Source: Armatimonadota bacterium
GTDB lineage: Bacteria > Armatimonadota > UBA5829 > DTLH01
Length of the DNA: 64,000 bases
Assembly (NCBI GenBank): GCA_039680575.1
Contig: JBDKSP010000077.1
Span: forward strand, 10,375-74,374
Direction: 5' to 3'
The notes under the pieces are model-generated. The model was not told the origin of the DNA. It saw nothing but the letters and a program-made list of their open reading frames with translations, and ran no database searches. Numbering within the stretch: the stretch's first letter is position 1; each line of letters opens with the position of its first letter. Positions 19,727-29,609 of this stretch are shown one piece after another. A program made the position numbers and the translations under genes.

Positions 19727-20061
19727 TCTGTTAGCTCCTGAATCTCCATGATGGGTTTGCCAAGCCTGTGGGCACGCTCCGTTTCAGTCTGCATGCCTTC
19801 AGAAATGCCATTGCCCGTGTAGACCCACACCTCGTCGCAAGACTCCATGAACTTTAGCCCCAACCGTATGCCGAGCACCCGTTGTTTCGGATCGTCATCG
19901 TCCAAGAACCGCGTGTAGAGAAGATGAGGAGCGAAGGGAGCATAGCCTGAGCGGATTGCCATCCGGCACAGAGCCTTGGCGACCTCGACGTTCTTTTCCA
20001 CGTCGCCGGCATACCGACTGCAGATAAAGACCTTCTTCCTGTATCCGTCAGAGCGTTTCAT
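19711..20061 (-). CDS. DUF4406-like (nucleoside deoxyribosyltransferase-fold) protein
   Basis: KVFICSRYAGDVEKN...PFAPHLLY...CDEVWV...SEGM..E. Confidence 0.8.
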   Translation of the reverse strand: MKRSDGYRKKVFICSRYAGDVEKNVEVAKALCRMAIRSGYAPFAPHLLYTRFLDDDDPKQRVLGIRLGLKFMESCDEVWVYTGNGISEGMQTETERAHRLGKPIMEIQELTDCQLT

Positions 20062-23000
20062 AGTTCTTGACCCTCTGCTCCTTCATGTCTTTGTAGACTG
20101 CCCGGGCGATCTGCCGACCGTCGAGCTTCGTCGTAACCGACACCTCTATCGGCCGCTCGGACATGCCATCGAGTTTGGAGAGGATCGCTCCAAGGAGCGC
20201 TCGGACGTCAGCTGAGGGTTCACCCGGGGCTGCATTCTGTTCGGACGCGAGTGAGCCGCGCGTGACAGCCAGAAGCTGGGTTCTATCTTCACTTCTGCTG
20301 ACTGGACCGGCTGTGTGTGGAGTCGAACCAGTGACCACCGGAGTGAGTGCTAGAGTGCCCGCAACCGCGCCTGCCGGAAGCCCTACACTAAGAAGGCTCC
20401 TCGCTGCCCCAAGACTGTTCGCGAGTACGCGAGCAGGTAAATCGGATGCTTGTGCAATTCCGGAGCTGAATGCCTCAAGAAGTGCCGATCCACTTCGAGT
20501 GATCGACGACAGTGGCCCTTCCTTCGCATCTGAAAATGGCAGAAGTCTCCGAAGCCTCGCGAGCGCTGATCTCGCCGCCTCAAAAGGCGCAGCCGCAGCG
20601 GACCTTATACCGTTGGCAATCGTAGTCATCACTGATCTACCGCTCTGGAAAGCTTGAGAGACCAGGTTCCTTGCGCTCGACATGATAGATGAGAAGGCTC
20701 CCGATACCGCGCTTGTGACAGTGCTCCAGGCAGAGGATGCTGCGCGGGCTAGGTTAGTGAAAGGTGCTCGGAGCCACCCAATAGCGGATGAAGCCATTGA
20801 CCTAATACTCGACCATGCCGATGAAGCAATGGATGTGATCCACGACCACGCCGCTGTGGCATTACTTGCCACCCACCTGAACGGTGCGGCGACACTCTCG
20901 TATGCTGATGCGCCGATGGATGCGATTGTCCGCCAAGCCGCTCTCGCCATATCCCTTGCCCATAGAAATGGAGTCGCGAGATAGCTCATGACGGCGTCTC
21001 CAATGGCTCGGATGCCATTCACAACCGAGATGTTGCCTGTGATCATCTGCCAGACAGTATATATGACCCGACCGACTGTGACGAGCGCCTGGATGAGCAT
21101 CTTTAGTGGCAGGAAGAGCTTGTAGACGTAGGGCGCGGCCGCCGTGAAAGCACCTGCTATGGTTCTCCCCAGCCAAACCACAGCCTTCACAACGAGCGTC
21201 ACCACGCGGATGGTGAACACGAAGTTGTAGATCACGAACTTCAAGAGATATGCTCCCACCTGTGCAATCACGCCGAGTATCTTCCCGAGAGTCTGCCCCA
21301 GGCTCCGGTATGAGGAGGCATCGATGGCTGTTGCAGTCTTTCCGAAGATACCGAAGACCGACAGAAGCGCCTTCCCGAGTTCTGCAAACGCTCCCATCAC
21401 AGCCCTTACGGCTGGCTCAAGGATGGTGCGGATCCTGCCGAAGACGGACGAGAACGCCTGCCAGAGCCCCGAGAGGAACTCCCGCACACGGTAGTAGACC
21501 TGAAAGACCGTCGTCACGAACTTCATAAGCCCGGCAGCTTCAAGCTTCTTCGCAAGATCCGCAGACATCTGCCCTGTGCCGCCGGAGAGCGACACGATGA
21601 GCGCGCGGATACCCTGGAACGCGAGCGAAACCTTGTTCCAGACGCCCATGATCGTGTCTCTGATACCGCCGAAGTTCGTCTCCCATGCTTTCTTCAGGAA
21701 CACCACCGCAATAACCACAGCAGCGATGACTGCAACGACCGGCCAGAAATACGCCGATACGGCGGCTCCGACACCTGCGAGCATCGGAGTTATGGCGGCA
21801 AGTCCGGCTTCAAGGGCAGGAAGAAGAATGCCGATGGTGCCTATAGCGGATATGATCGTGCCGCCGACCACCAAGAGTATCCCGAGAGCAGCGCAGACTG
21901 TGAGTATGGCTCTCGTTACCCCGGGTGTGGACTTGGCCACACCCTGCAGGTAGAGGATAAACCGCGATATCCCCTGGAATAGCGGGGTGACTACCGGAAG
22001 AAGTGTCCTTCCGAGTATCTCCGCCAAGTTCTGGACCTGCTGCTTGACGATGCCATACTGCGAGCCGATGTCCATGTTCATCGCACGGGCCATCTCAAGC
22101 GTTACGGCAGTGCCGCCTTTCATAGCAGTCTCGATGCTCTTGATGTTACCTTCGAGCTGGTCAAGTCCCATAGACATTTGAAGAAGGAACCGTACGGCCT
22201 CGTCCGAGCCGAACGCTTTCTTCAGCTTCACCTGTGCAGCTGCCTGAGACAGGTCAGGGAATCCCCGTTTCAGTTCCTCCAGTATTGGCACTATGCCCTT
22301 CAGTTTCCCAGTGGAGTCGACGAAAGAGAGACCGAGTTCCTTCCCCGCCTCGGCGACCTTAAGCATGAACGCCTTGTAGAGGGTGCCTGCCTCGCTTCCC
22401 GGCATTGTCGTCTGAAGCTGTCCGAGGATCGCCATCTGTTCCTGAAGGGGCACGTTGGATGCGGCCGCTATCGCGCCGATGTTCTTTATCGCCTCAGCCA
22501 TCTGCGGACCGGTCGTCTTGAACACGCCGACAGTCTCCGAGAGTGCCCCGGAGAACATCCTCGCCCAGTCCATGTCGGACATATCCTTCATGATGGGCTT
22601 GAATATTCCGTATGCCGTGGTGAAGGTCTCCACCATCTCCTGCGTTGTGGCTTTGGTCGCTTTACCGGTTATGGCCGCCATGGCAGCAAATGTGCCGACG
22701 GCTGTGTCAGAGAGATTGGCAAGCGCTGACTTTACGTCATACGCCGCGCCTATGAACTCGGCCTTGCTTGAGCCTGCCCACTTATTGGTAAACGACTCTG
22801 CCGCGTCTTCCATAGCATGAAAGTCCTTCACCCCAACAGAAGCGAGTTCTCCAAGTGCTTTCTGTGTTGCAGCGGTAGATGCGACAAGGCCCGCCGGGAC
22901 AGCAAGAAGTGCAAGACCTGCGCCAATCATCATCGTGCCGCGCTCGATTAGGCCGAGGTTTCTGGTCATGTTCTCGGATGCCTTCGCGACTGATGAGTCG

Positions 23001-23089
23001 AGCGTCTCCATCGACGACTGAACACGCATCGCGTTCTGCGTAAAGGCGTCTTTGAGTGATACGATTATGCCAAGGCCAAGGTCATTCAT
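20048..23089 (-). CDS. Tail tape measure protein
   Basis: ~1010 aa, Ala-rich helical, with TM segments and periodic W/F repeats; C-terminal KLDGRQIARAV. Confidence 0.92.
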   Translation of the reverse strand: MNDLGLGIIVSLKDAFTQNAMRVQSSMETLDSSVAKASENMTRNLGLIERGTMMIGAGLALLAVPAGLVASTAATQKALGELASVGVKDFHAMEDAAESFTNKWAGSSKAEFIGAAYDVKSALANLSDTAVGTFAAMAAITGKATKATTQEMVETFTTAYGIFKPIMKDMSDMDWARMFSGALSETVGVFKTTGPQMAEAIKNIGAIAAASNVPLQEQMAILGQLQTTMPGSEAGTLYKAFMLKVAEAGKELGLSFVDSTGKLKGIVPILEELKRGFPDLSQAAAQVKLKKAFGSDEAVRFLLQMSMGLDQLEGNIKSIETAMKGGTAVTLEMARAMNMDIGSQYGIVKQQVQNLAEILGRTLLPVVTPLFQGISRFILYLQGVAKSTPGVTRAILTVCAALGILLVVGGTIISAIGTIGILLPALEAGLAAITPMLAGVGAAVSAYFWPVVAVIAAVVIAVVFLKKAWETNFGGIRDTIMGVWNKVSLAFQGIRALIVSLSGGTGQMSADLAKKLEAAGLMKFVTTVFQVYYRVREFLSGLWQAFSSVFGRIRTILEPAVRAVMGAFAELGKALLSVFGIFGKTATAIDASSYRSLGQTLGKILGVIAQVGAYLLKFVIYNFVFTIRVVTLVVKAVVWLGRTIAGAFTAAAPYVYKLFLPLKMLIQALVTVGRVIYTVWQMITGNISVVNGIRAIGDAVMSYLATPFLWARDMARAAWRTIASIGASAYESVAAPFRWVASNATAAWSWITSIASSAWSSIRSMASSAIGWLRAPFTNLARAASSAWSTVTSAVSGAFSSIMSSARNLVSQAFQSGRSVMTTIANGIRSAAAAPFEAARSALARLRRLLPFSDAKEGPLSSITRSGSALLEAFSSGIAQASDLPARVLANSLGAARSLLSVGLPAGAVAGTLALTPVVTGSTPHTAGPVSRSEDRTQLLAVTRGSLASEQNAAPGEPSADVRALLGAILSKLDGMSERPIEVSVTTKLDGRQIARAVYKDMKEQRVKNYETL

Positions 23090-23265
23090 CACTTGCGGTG
23101 TCTATTCAAATCCTCTCGCTCGAAGTCGAGCTGATTCTCCAACGCCCGAACAAACTGTTGACGTTTGGAGATGGGAAGAGCGGAGACTTCTGAGTAACTC
23201 CAGTGAAGTCCCCCATAGGCAAGGAAGAAGGTGTCCCTTACGAGCGAACTCCTGGGAATAAAAAA
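23089..23265 (-). CDS. -1 frameshift extension of the tail assembly chaperone (gpGT-like)
   Basis: Slippery T TTT TTA at 23259-23265; -1 frame reads ...DTFFLAYGGLHWSYSEVSALPISKRQQF...HRK* and ends on the tape measure ATG. Confidence 0.8.
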   Translation of the reverse strand, partial: FFIPRSSLVRDTFFLAYGGLHWSYSEVSALPISKRQQFVRALENQLDFEREDLNRHRK

Positions 23266-23915
23266 GCCGGTTCAGTCTCAAGTCTGGTCCTCAGCCTTGT
23301 GCCGCAGGACTCGCAGTCACATTCGATGGTCGTGTCAATCCCGGCATCCACCCGTAGCATCTCAGCACGAAGCGCACTGCGGTCTCGCATGGACATCTCG
23401 GAAAGGGCCTTCTTCGTGGGAGCAGAGCCGTCTATCTCTAGGATGCGGATCATCATTGCAGACGAGATGTTTGGCTCCTGCATTTGGGCCAGGCGTTTTT
23501 CCTTATGTCCATCAAGGTAGGTAAATCGGACCTTTCGGCCGGATCCCGGTAGTACAAACGTGAATTCCCGATCCTCTCCGTAGGAGGTAACCACGAGATC
23601 ATCGATATTCACCGTGAGGCGGTTCTTGGCTCTGCACACAGGGTTTGGACAAGCAAGTTCAAGCTCGACTTCTTCGCCTAGTGAGACCTCTCTAAGTCTC
23701 ACCAGGACAAAGAGCCTGTCGCCTGAGAGCATGTCGAGGACGTCCTTAGTAGATACATCCTCCCTGTCTCCCAGCCGGACTATGCAGTTAGCCAGAACCT
23801 GGTTCACTGCGTCACCGGAGCGGATCAGCCTCTGGTTTGTAAGGAGTTCCTCCTCGACCCCAGTCATCTCACGTAGCTCTATCTCAGTGCCACTTGGCAG
23901 TATAAATATATACAA
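23238..23915 (-). CDS. Tail assembly chaperone
   Basis: TTG 23915 after GGAGG; LPSG..IELREMTG.EEELL, two Cys pairs; lies between tube and tape measure. Confidence 0.8.
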   Translation of the reverse strand: MYIFILPSGTEIELREMTGVEEELLTNQRLIRSGDAVNQVLANCIVRLGDREDVSTKDVLDMLSGDRLFVLVRLREVSLGEEVELELACPNPVCRAKNRLTVNIDDLVVTSYGEDREFTFVLPGSGRKVRFTYLDGHKEKRLAQMQEPNISSAMMIRILEIDGSAPTKKALSEMSMRDRSALRAEMLRVDAGIDTTIECDCESCGTRLRTRLETEPAFLFPGVRS

Positions 23916-23949
23916 GAATATCCTCCAGTCTTCTGCAAACCTGTACAGT

Positions 23950-24408
23950 TTAGTCCCAATACTGATAGCAGATCGATATCTTCTCAATGGTGTTGTCGGA
24001 GCTTCCACCCTCGAGTTCGTCGTACTCTAGGGACTTAATCCATGCGCCATGTAGTGTCCACCTGCGGGTCTCGTTCCCGCTTCTGTCGTAGCGGACAATA
24101 TCGATGTCTCGCATGTATTCATCCGGGAGCGCCCCGACACCGGCGTTTATGTCAGCCTGGAGCCTGACCCAGTCACGCGCGGATTCATCGGACCCATCGG
24201 CAAGGACTCCCTTCTCAAAGGTGATGTCTTCGAACTTGAGTCTTCCGGCGACCTTCTGGTCAAACATGGAGCCTGCGGGTGAGAAGGCGACCTCCTCAAA
24301 CTCCGTCTTTGGCTCCTGGCCTTTTCTAAAAAGAGCCACATCAAAGCCGTTTATCTCGATGGCAAACTGCCAGTTCTGATAGAGACTCTGGGGCATTGTC
24401 ACTTCCAC
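23950..24408 (-). CDS. Tail tube protein (T4 gp19-like)
   Basis: KVAGRLKFEDITFEKG, RDIDIVRYD..G.ETRRWTLHGAW. Confidence 0.92.
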   Translation of the reverse strand: MEVTMPQSLYQNWQFAIEINGFDVALFRKGQEPKTEFEEVAFSPAGSMFDQKVAGRLKFEDITFEKGVLADGSDESARDWVRLQADINAGVGALPDEYMRDIDIVRYDRSGNETRRWTLHGAWIKSLEYDELEGGSSDNTIEKISICYQYWD

Positions 24409-24423
24409 TTATCTCACCTCCTA

Positions 24424-25959
24424 TTAGTAGAGCTCTCTAAAGAGAGTCCCTGTCGCCGTCAGGACGAAAGAGAGTTCCACAAACTCTGCCGTCTTCGTCG
24501 GCTTCACGAACACCCTCGCAACCATCTGGTTCTGGTCTATCATAGCCGGTGTGTTCGTCTCATCGTCGCACTGGACTCTATAGTCATAAAACCCGCCACG
24601 GCTCTTGATATTTCCGAGGAACGGGTTAATGAGCCGGATGAGCCCGCGCCATGTCGCCTGGTTGTTAGGCTCGAAGACCACGAACTTGGCGGATTCTGAG
24701 ATGGCCTCCTCGATATACATCATCAGGCGGCGAACATTGATGCGGTCCGTTGCGGACGGCTGACTCTGAAGTGTCTTCTGGCCCCAGATGTTGATGCCGG
24801 TATCAGGGAAGCTTGCGATAACGTTGATGCCCTCGGAGTAGAGCGCGTCACGCTCACCCCGACTTGTCTTGTAGCCAAGAGACAGCACTCCGAAGATCCT
24901 TCCCCGGTCAATCCCTGCAGGCGCGCACCAGACGTCTGTCTTCTCGTCCGACCGTGCGATGCAACCTGCAACCGCACCAGTGGGCGGAATGAGCTTCGTC
25001 TTTCCGGTCAGGGGATCGGAGATTTCCAGCCATGGATAGTAGAGCGCCGCGTATGATGAGTTGAAAGCTGCATGTGTATAAGTTTCTTCGCCCTTCCTGA
25101 ACTCAACCGCCTCAAGTGGCTCAAGGAGGATCGGCGTCTCCGCAATGAAGAGCAGATCCTTTCTGCCTTCTGCGTAGGTGATGCCGCCAGCTATAACCGT
25201 CGCTGTCGTCACACCAGGAACCGCAAGGATGTTCAAGGCATCTATTTCATCGAACGCATAAAGTCCGGTATGCTGGGACGAATCGCCGATGTAGTCTCCG
25301 TCCGCCATGCCGGTAATCCCGTCATCGCCAGCGGCAAGGTTGAACGTCCCCGCGGCCGGTCTGTTCTCCGCGGCGTTAGCCGCTCCCGAGAGGTCTTCTA
25401 CGGTGATGAATTCAGACTTCTCACTCACGACAAGCTCGACGTGGTTTGGCTTCGACTCGTCCATCGAGAGGTTTCTGAACACCTCGACAGTCTCACCCTT
25501 ATACTGGACAGTCAGATCGAACTCGTTTGCAGAGTCGGCCGTGCCATCCGCGATTTCCACCGAGATGCTATCGCCCCACTTGCCTTCGTTTATCGCCGTG
25601 GCGCGCAGTGTATCCTTGGCAGCTTCTCCGACCCCTCTGTCCTTGAGTGCGACGGTTGCACACTTGGCTGCAAGCGTCGTGCGGTCGGTCGGGTCAGTCT
25701 GGTGAGCCACGCGGTTTACATATAGTACCTGCCCACCGTTATCAAAGAAGGCACGTGCGGCGTACGCGAGGTAGCCATCAGCGATGTATGAGCCGAACTT
25801 CCTGACGAACTGCTCCCAGCTTGTCACAAGTGTCGGCTTGCTGATTGGACCTTTCTCAGCAAGCCCGACCATTCCGCAGGCAGAGGTCGATATCTGCTTT
25901 ACGTAGTAGCTGAAGTCTACTTCTTTTGTGTAGACACCAGGTGAAAGATATGATGTCAT
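24424..25959 (-). CDS. Tail sheath protein
   Basis: YLSPGVYTKE, AFFDNGG, AALYYPW, APAG, IWGQKTL, INVRRL, VFEPN, KTAEFV. Confidence 0.96.
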   Translation of the reverse strand: MTSYLSPGVYTKEVDFSYYVKQISTSACGMVGLAEKGPISKPTLVTSWEQFVRKFGSYIADGYLAYAARAFFDNGGQVLYVNRVAHQTDPTDRTTLAAKCATVALKDRGVGEAAKDTLRATAINEGKWGDSISVEIADGTADSANEFDLTVQYKGETVEVFRNLSMDESKPNHVELVVSEKSEFITVEDLSGAANAAENRPAAGTFNLAAGDDGITGMADGDYIGDSSQHTGLYAFDEIDALNILAVPGVTTATVIAGGITYAEGRKDLLFIAETPILLEPLEAVEFRKGEETYTHAAFNSSYAALYYPWLEISDPLTGKTKLIPPTGAVAGCIARSDEKTDVWCAPAGIDRGRIFGVLSLGYKTSRGERDALYSEGINVIASFPDTGINIWGQKTLQSQPSATDRINVRRLMMYIEEAISESAKFVVFEPNNQATWRGLIRLINPFLGNIKSRGGFYDYRVQCDDETNTPAMIDQNQMVARVFVKPTKTAEFVELSFVLTATGTLFRELY

Positions 25960-26207
25960 CGAGTCCTTCCTCTCTTCTGCTCAGTCTGCTCGAACATCGC
26001 CTCCGGCTTCTCTCCTGTGCTGCTGTCCTCCGGCGCTACCGCCTTCTCGATCAGTGAGACCAGGCCGCGCCGAGCCGCAAGTCGAATCTCATTGGAAATC
26101 CGGTCCTTCAGTATCTGCCGACACTCCCTTGCCGAAAGGTGTAGCCCTTCACCGTCGCCCGCCAGATGAAGCGCGAGCGGCTGGAAGAGCAGGTTCTTTA
26201 TCTTCAT
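25956..26207 (-). CDS. Hypothetical phage protein
   Basis: 83-aa ORF coupled to the sheath start. Confidence 0.65.
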   Translation of the reverse strand: MKIKNLLFQPLALHLAGDGEGLHLSARECRQILKDRISNEIRLAARRGLVSLIEKAVAPEDSSTGEKPEAMFEQTEQKRGRTR

Positions 26208-26219
26208 AGAGATTGCTCC

Positions 26220-26738
26220 TTATATGCCAAGTTCCAGTTTGAGGCCGGTCGCGAGCTTCCCGCTCACCACCCGGCCATCGTAGATGGGGCAGTCCTCGAT
26301 CCGGCATTTGCCGGACGCCTGCCGCAGGTTCGACAGGTTCACCCGCCTAAGTCCTCCAAGCGGGACAAGTTCAGTGACCGCAAGTGCCCCGCGATCCGGC
26401 ACGTCAAGTGTCGGATGAAGCTGATAGAACCGAGCTATACGCTCTGTCAGGTCCAGGAGATCAGCCTCCTTACCACAGGTGACGATGACATCGAAGTCAA
26501 GATGATACAGCCTCGGGGCTTTTCGCTGCTCGAACGTCAACTCTGCCTCGTTTCGAAGGACGAGCATTGCTGGCGTCCGGCGTAGAGCATCTTCACTGAT
26601 CGTTGGTCCTTGGAAGACTACGCTCGGTACGTTGGTCACCTCGAACATATCATCTGCCGCAACCAGCAATGCGCCAGGGTCAATCTCCGACTTCGCAAGC
26701 CGGATGAAAGCCTCGACCACCTCGCGGATAAGCTCCAC
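26220..26738 (-). CDS. Putative tail terminator / neck protein
   Basis: Position upstream of the sheath; KAPRLYHLDFDVIV resembles Pvc16/DUF4255-type proteins. Confidence 0.6.
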   Translation of the reverse strand: MELIREVVEAFIRLAKSEIDPGALLVAADDMFEVTNVPSVVFQGPTISEDALRRTPAMLVLRNEAELTFEQRKAPRLYHLDFDVIVTCGKEADLLDLTERIARFYQLHPTLDVPDRGALAVTELVPLGGLRRVNLSNLRQASGKCRIEDCPIYDGRVVSGKLATGLKLELGI

Positions 26739-26747
26739 ATCGTCACC

Positions 26748-27236
26748 TCACTTCAGGACCGAGAGGAGCGCCTCACGGTAGTTCCCTATAACCTGGTCTC
26801 GATACTTCTCCATCGTCGGATGCAGAAACGGCCTTGGCGGGATAACTATCACGGCACCTGATGGGTGGTTGATGGTCGCCCCGTACTCCATGATCGCGGC
26901 GATGTTCGCGACGCTCTCCCCGTCCCTGTAGACACTCGCCCGAAGAAGTCCCACGAAGGCACCATCTGAGAGTATCTTCTGGGTGATGCTGTTTATCAGG
27001 AATCCTGTGTCGATGAGGGCCTTCGAGGACCCTTTTCGGTCAATGGTCACCTGCGCGAGTGGCGCGAACGCCTCGCCGCCTGGTGCCTGATCTCGAATCC
27101 CTCGCTTTATCTCCCGCACGAGAAGCACGGCGTTTTTGACGGTCGCCTGCCGAATCGCTCGCGCGAGCCGTTGATTGAACCCGTCCGTGAGGAGCGCCTT
27201 TGCCCTCTCCCAGTCTCCAAACCGCCTAACCGCCAT
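26748..27236 (-). CDS. Virion morphogenesis / tail completion protein
   Basis: FAPLA..T..RKGSSKALIDTG.L..SI, EYG, IPPRPFL. Confidence 0.85.
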   Translation of the reverse strand: MAVRRFGDWERAKALLTDGFNQRLARAIRQATVKNAVLLVREIKRGIRDQAPGGEAFAPLAQVTIDRKGSSKALIDTGFLINSITQKILSDGAFVGLLRASVYRDGESVANIAAIMEYGATINHPSGAVIVIPPRPFLHPTMEKYRDQVIGNYREALLSVLK

Positions 27237-27588
27237 GAAGCCTCACCAACTCAAGGATCTTGTGAGTCACGATCCCAAAGAGCGACTGGGGTACAACAGT
27301 CTGCACCCGGTAGTCCTGGCGCTCAAAACGAACACGATCCTCCACGCGCACATCAAGCTCCGGGAGAACACAAGCTGTGGCATCCGTTCTCTTTGCCAGG
27401 TCGACCGGCGGAGTCAGCGAAACTTCGACCGCGAACGCACAGACTTCCGAAAACTCGCCATCATCAGAGCCGTAAAGGGACTCACCAGCCTGCTTTCTGA
27501 GGAGCACTGCCGTCTGACCTGACGCCGTGATGAGTTCACGAACCTCCGATGCCACTGCTGTCTTCTCCGTATCAGTGAGTATGGTCAT
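27226..27588 (-). CDS. Head closure / head-tail adaptor
   Basis: Size and position; DVRVEDRVRFE.QDYRV pattern. Confidence 0.65.
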   Translation of the reverse strand: MTILTDTEKTAVASEVRELITASGQTAVLLRKQAGESLYGSDDGEFSEVCAFAVEVSLTPPVDLAKRTDATACVLPELDVRVEDRVRFERQDYRVQTVVPQSLFGIVTHKILELVRLHGG

Positions 27589-28045
27589 GGTGATGATGAT
27601 GCCACCGTCCCTGCTCGTATATCACGGGCCTGAGCGGCTTCGGCGTGATGATCGAGCCGTCATCGACTGTTGCATCAGGCTTCATCTCGCGAAGCCGCTC
27701 GTGATATGTTGCCGTCAGGTCTGATTCAAGCTTTGCCCAGTGCTCCGGCTGGCTCGTCTTGTCCACACGTTTGTCGCCGGATGAAAACGAGAAAGCGTTC
27801 GCGGTAGCAGCGCGCATGACCTGGCACGCCGCGATCTGCGCCTGAATCAAGAGAAGCTCAAGCGCCTCTCCAACCGGCTCCGGTACGACCTCGCCGCCCG
27901 AGACAGACATCTCTAATCCGAGATCCCTCCCGACAGGAAAGGCGCTCTTCAGAATGCAGCGCGTGAGCACTTCATCCGAAAAGCGTTCCGCTCCCGGGTC
28001 GGCAAGATCGGTCCTGAGTGTGCCGACGAGATCAGCGAGAGCCAT
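27572..28045 (-). CDS. Head-tail connector
   Basis: LRTDLAD...FSDE.L pattern; downstream of the capsid gene. Confidence 0.65.
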   Translation of the reverse strand: MALADLVGTLRTDLADPGAERFSDEVLTRCILKSAFPVGRDLGLEMSVSGGEVVPEPVGEALELLLIQAQIAACQVMRAATANAFSFSSGDKRVDKTSQPEHWAKLESDLTATYHERLREMKPDATVDDGSIITPKPLRPVIYEQGRWHHHHHDHTH

Positions 28046-28346
28046 CGGCTTCCTCAGTAGAGCCACTGTCCGCAGCATCTCCCGTGGCAGGCGGTGTTAC
28101 ACCCGTCTGCTCCTCGCCCTTTGGCTCCGGTTTCTGTACCGCCGTCCTGGCGGGTGCCTTCGCCTTCAGCTTAGCCTCGGGCTTTGCCTCTGCCTGGGTT
28201 TCCACAGTCGCGAGCATTCCCGCATCGATGGCTTTCGACATCTGCGGGGTCAGCTTCTCAAGCTCTACGACTTCACCGGGGGCGAGTTTCAGCCCGGCAT
28301 CAGCAATGATCACGATGCCGGGCCTGATGTTCTTTACCTTGGTCAC
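28032..28346 (-). CDS. Hypothetical phage protein
   Basis: 104-aa ORF with AGGAGG RBS. Confidence 0.65.
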   Translation of the reverse strand: MTKVKNIRPGIVIIADAGLKLAPGEVVELEKLTPQMSKAIDAGMLATVETQAEAKPEAKLKAKAPARTAVQKPEPKGEEQTGVTPPATGDAADSGSTEEADGSR

Positions 28347-28358
28347 TTCATGTCCTCC

Positions 28359-29219
28359 TTAGGGCTTCACCACGATCTTCGCGAGAATCTCCGGTCGGGT
28401 GATGCCTTGGCCAAGCTCCGACCAGACGAGCCATCCGGTCTTGAAGCGGGTCTTCTGCTCGATTGCCTCCGTCTTCAGTGACTCCCGGATCGGCATCTTC
28501 CCGACCTCGTCATCCGGAACGATAAGGATCTCGTTGATGTCAGCCGACGCCGTGAGAAGAATCCCGCCGGTGCCGTAGTTCTTGATGACACCCTTCGTGC
28601 GCAGCTCGGCTCTCGTCTCCGGGTCGAGGTCCCAGTCCCTCATATCGTTGAAGCGGCGTCCCCGCATCACGATGTACTTCACCGAGAGTTCCAGATCCTC
28701 AATGATGGAGATGGCCTCGTTAAGAGCCGTGTCAGTGAGCTTGCCACCGGTGACCTCTATTGTGTTCGCCGCCGGCACTGCCGCCGAGAGCACTGTGAGT
28801 GTTCTTCGGTCGATTTCCTTCCGTATCTCGTCGGCTGAGGACGTCTGGATGTCCATCAGGGTCCCGATGTTGCCGTTCTTCAGGACCGAGACATCAACCA
28901 TAGGGGTCGAGTGGATCCTGTTTGTCGGGAACTCCACCTCGTCCTGGCCCAGTTCCTGTTCTCTTGCCTCTCCCTCTGTGCTGATCCAGTAAGCCTTCAC
29001 CTTCGGCTTCTTCTGGTAGACGGGCCGCTCGCCTTTCGGGAGGGTGTGCTGCGTGAGGAGAAGCGAAGTGATTTCCTTCCGCTTTATCTCCTGCTCGATG
29101 GGTGCCGCTATCGCTGCTGCGAGGGCGCGCATCCCTTCGGGAGACTCCAAGGCCTCGCTCATGAGGCGAGCCATTGTCTCCATGTATTCCTGGCTGTGAA
29201 TGTTTGTCTTGTTCTTCAA
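28359..29219 (-). CDS. Major capsid protein (probable HK97 fold)
   Basis: 286 aa, TTG start with AGGAGG; follows protease and decoration genes. Confidence 0.8.
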   Translation of the reverse strand: MKNKTNIHSQEYMETMARLMSEALESPEGMRALAAAIAAPIEQEIKRKEITSLLLTQHTLPKGERPVYQKKPKVKAYWISTEGEAREQELGQDEVEFPTNRIHSTPMVDVSVLKNGNIGTLMDIQTSSADEIRKEIDRRTLTVLSAAVPAANTIEVTGGKLTDTALNEAISIIEDLELSVKYIVMRGRRFNDMRDWDLDPETRAELRTKGVIKNYGTGGILLTASADINEILIVPDDEVGKMPIRESLKTEAIEQKTRFKTGWLVWSELGQGITRPEILAKIVVKP

Positions 29220-29229
29220 GCGCTCCCTC

Positions 29230-29592
29230 CTATATCAAGAGCAGAAACTTCAGCGTCCCGCTTGCCGAGGATATGGCGCGGGCCACGACTACGTCGCCTA
29301 CACCGGCACCGGCAGTAAGCTTTCCCGCAGCAGATACCTTCAGGTCGTCCCCGGCGTTGATGACGCCTTCAAAGACGTCGGTTTCATAGATGCCTCCCAT
29401 GCAGAAGATTCCGGGCATGTCGCCTGCCTTGTAGTCCTTGATGAGGATGCCGAAGCTCTTCGCGGTCGGATCGGTGTTAACGGCAAAGAGGTCGTTTCCG
29501 GCAAGCTTCACGAACTGGCCGCACGACCCCGCGCCCTGCATGTAGCCGTCGCCATAGGCGAGGCCGCGATGGTTAGGATTGAGATATGCCAA
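29230..29592 (-). CDS. Capsid decoration / cement protein
   Basis: Gly-rich 120 aa, INAGDDLKVSAAGKL motif; between scaffold and MCP. Confidence 0.75.
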   Translation of the reverse strand: MAYLNPNHRGLAYGDGYMQGAGSCGQFVKLAGNDLFAVNTDPTAKSFGILIKDYKAGDMPGIFCMGGIYETDVFEGVINAGDDLKVSAAGKLTAGAGVGDVVVARAISSASGTLKFLLLI

Positions 29593-29609
29593 CTCTTGGT
29601 CCTTCCTTT

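Noticed and set aside
9537-25959. Stand-alone T6SS, eCIS or tailocin
   Set aside because: Contiguous with capsid, portal, terminase and replication genes, and no T6SS membrane complex or ClpV
27572-27610. His-tag-like HHHHHDHTH at the connector C-terminus
   Set aside because: Short tract partly overlapping the next gene's start; no evidence of engineering or function
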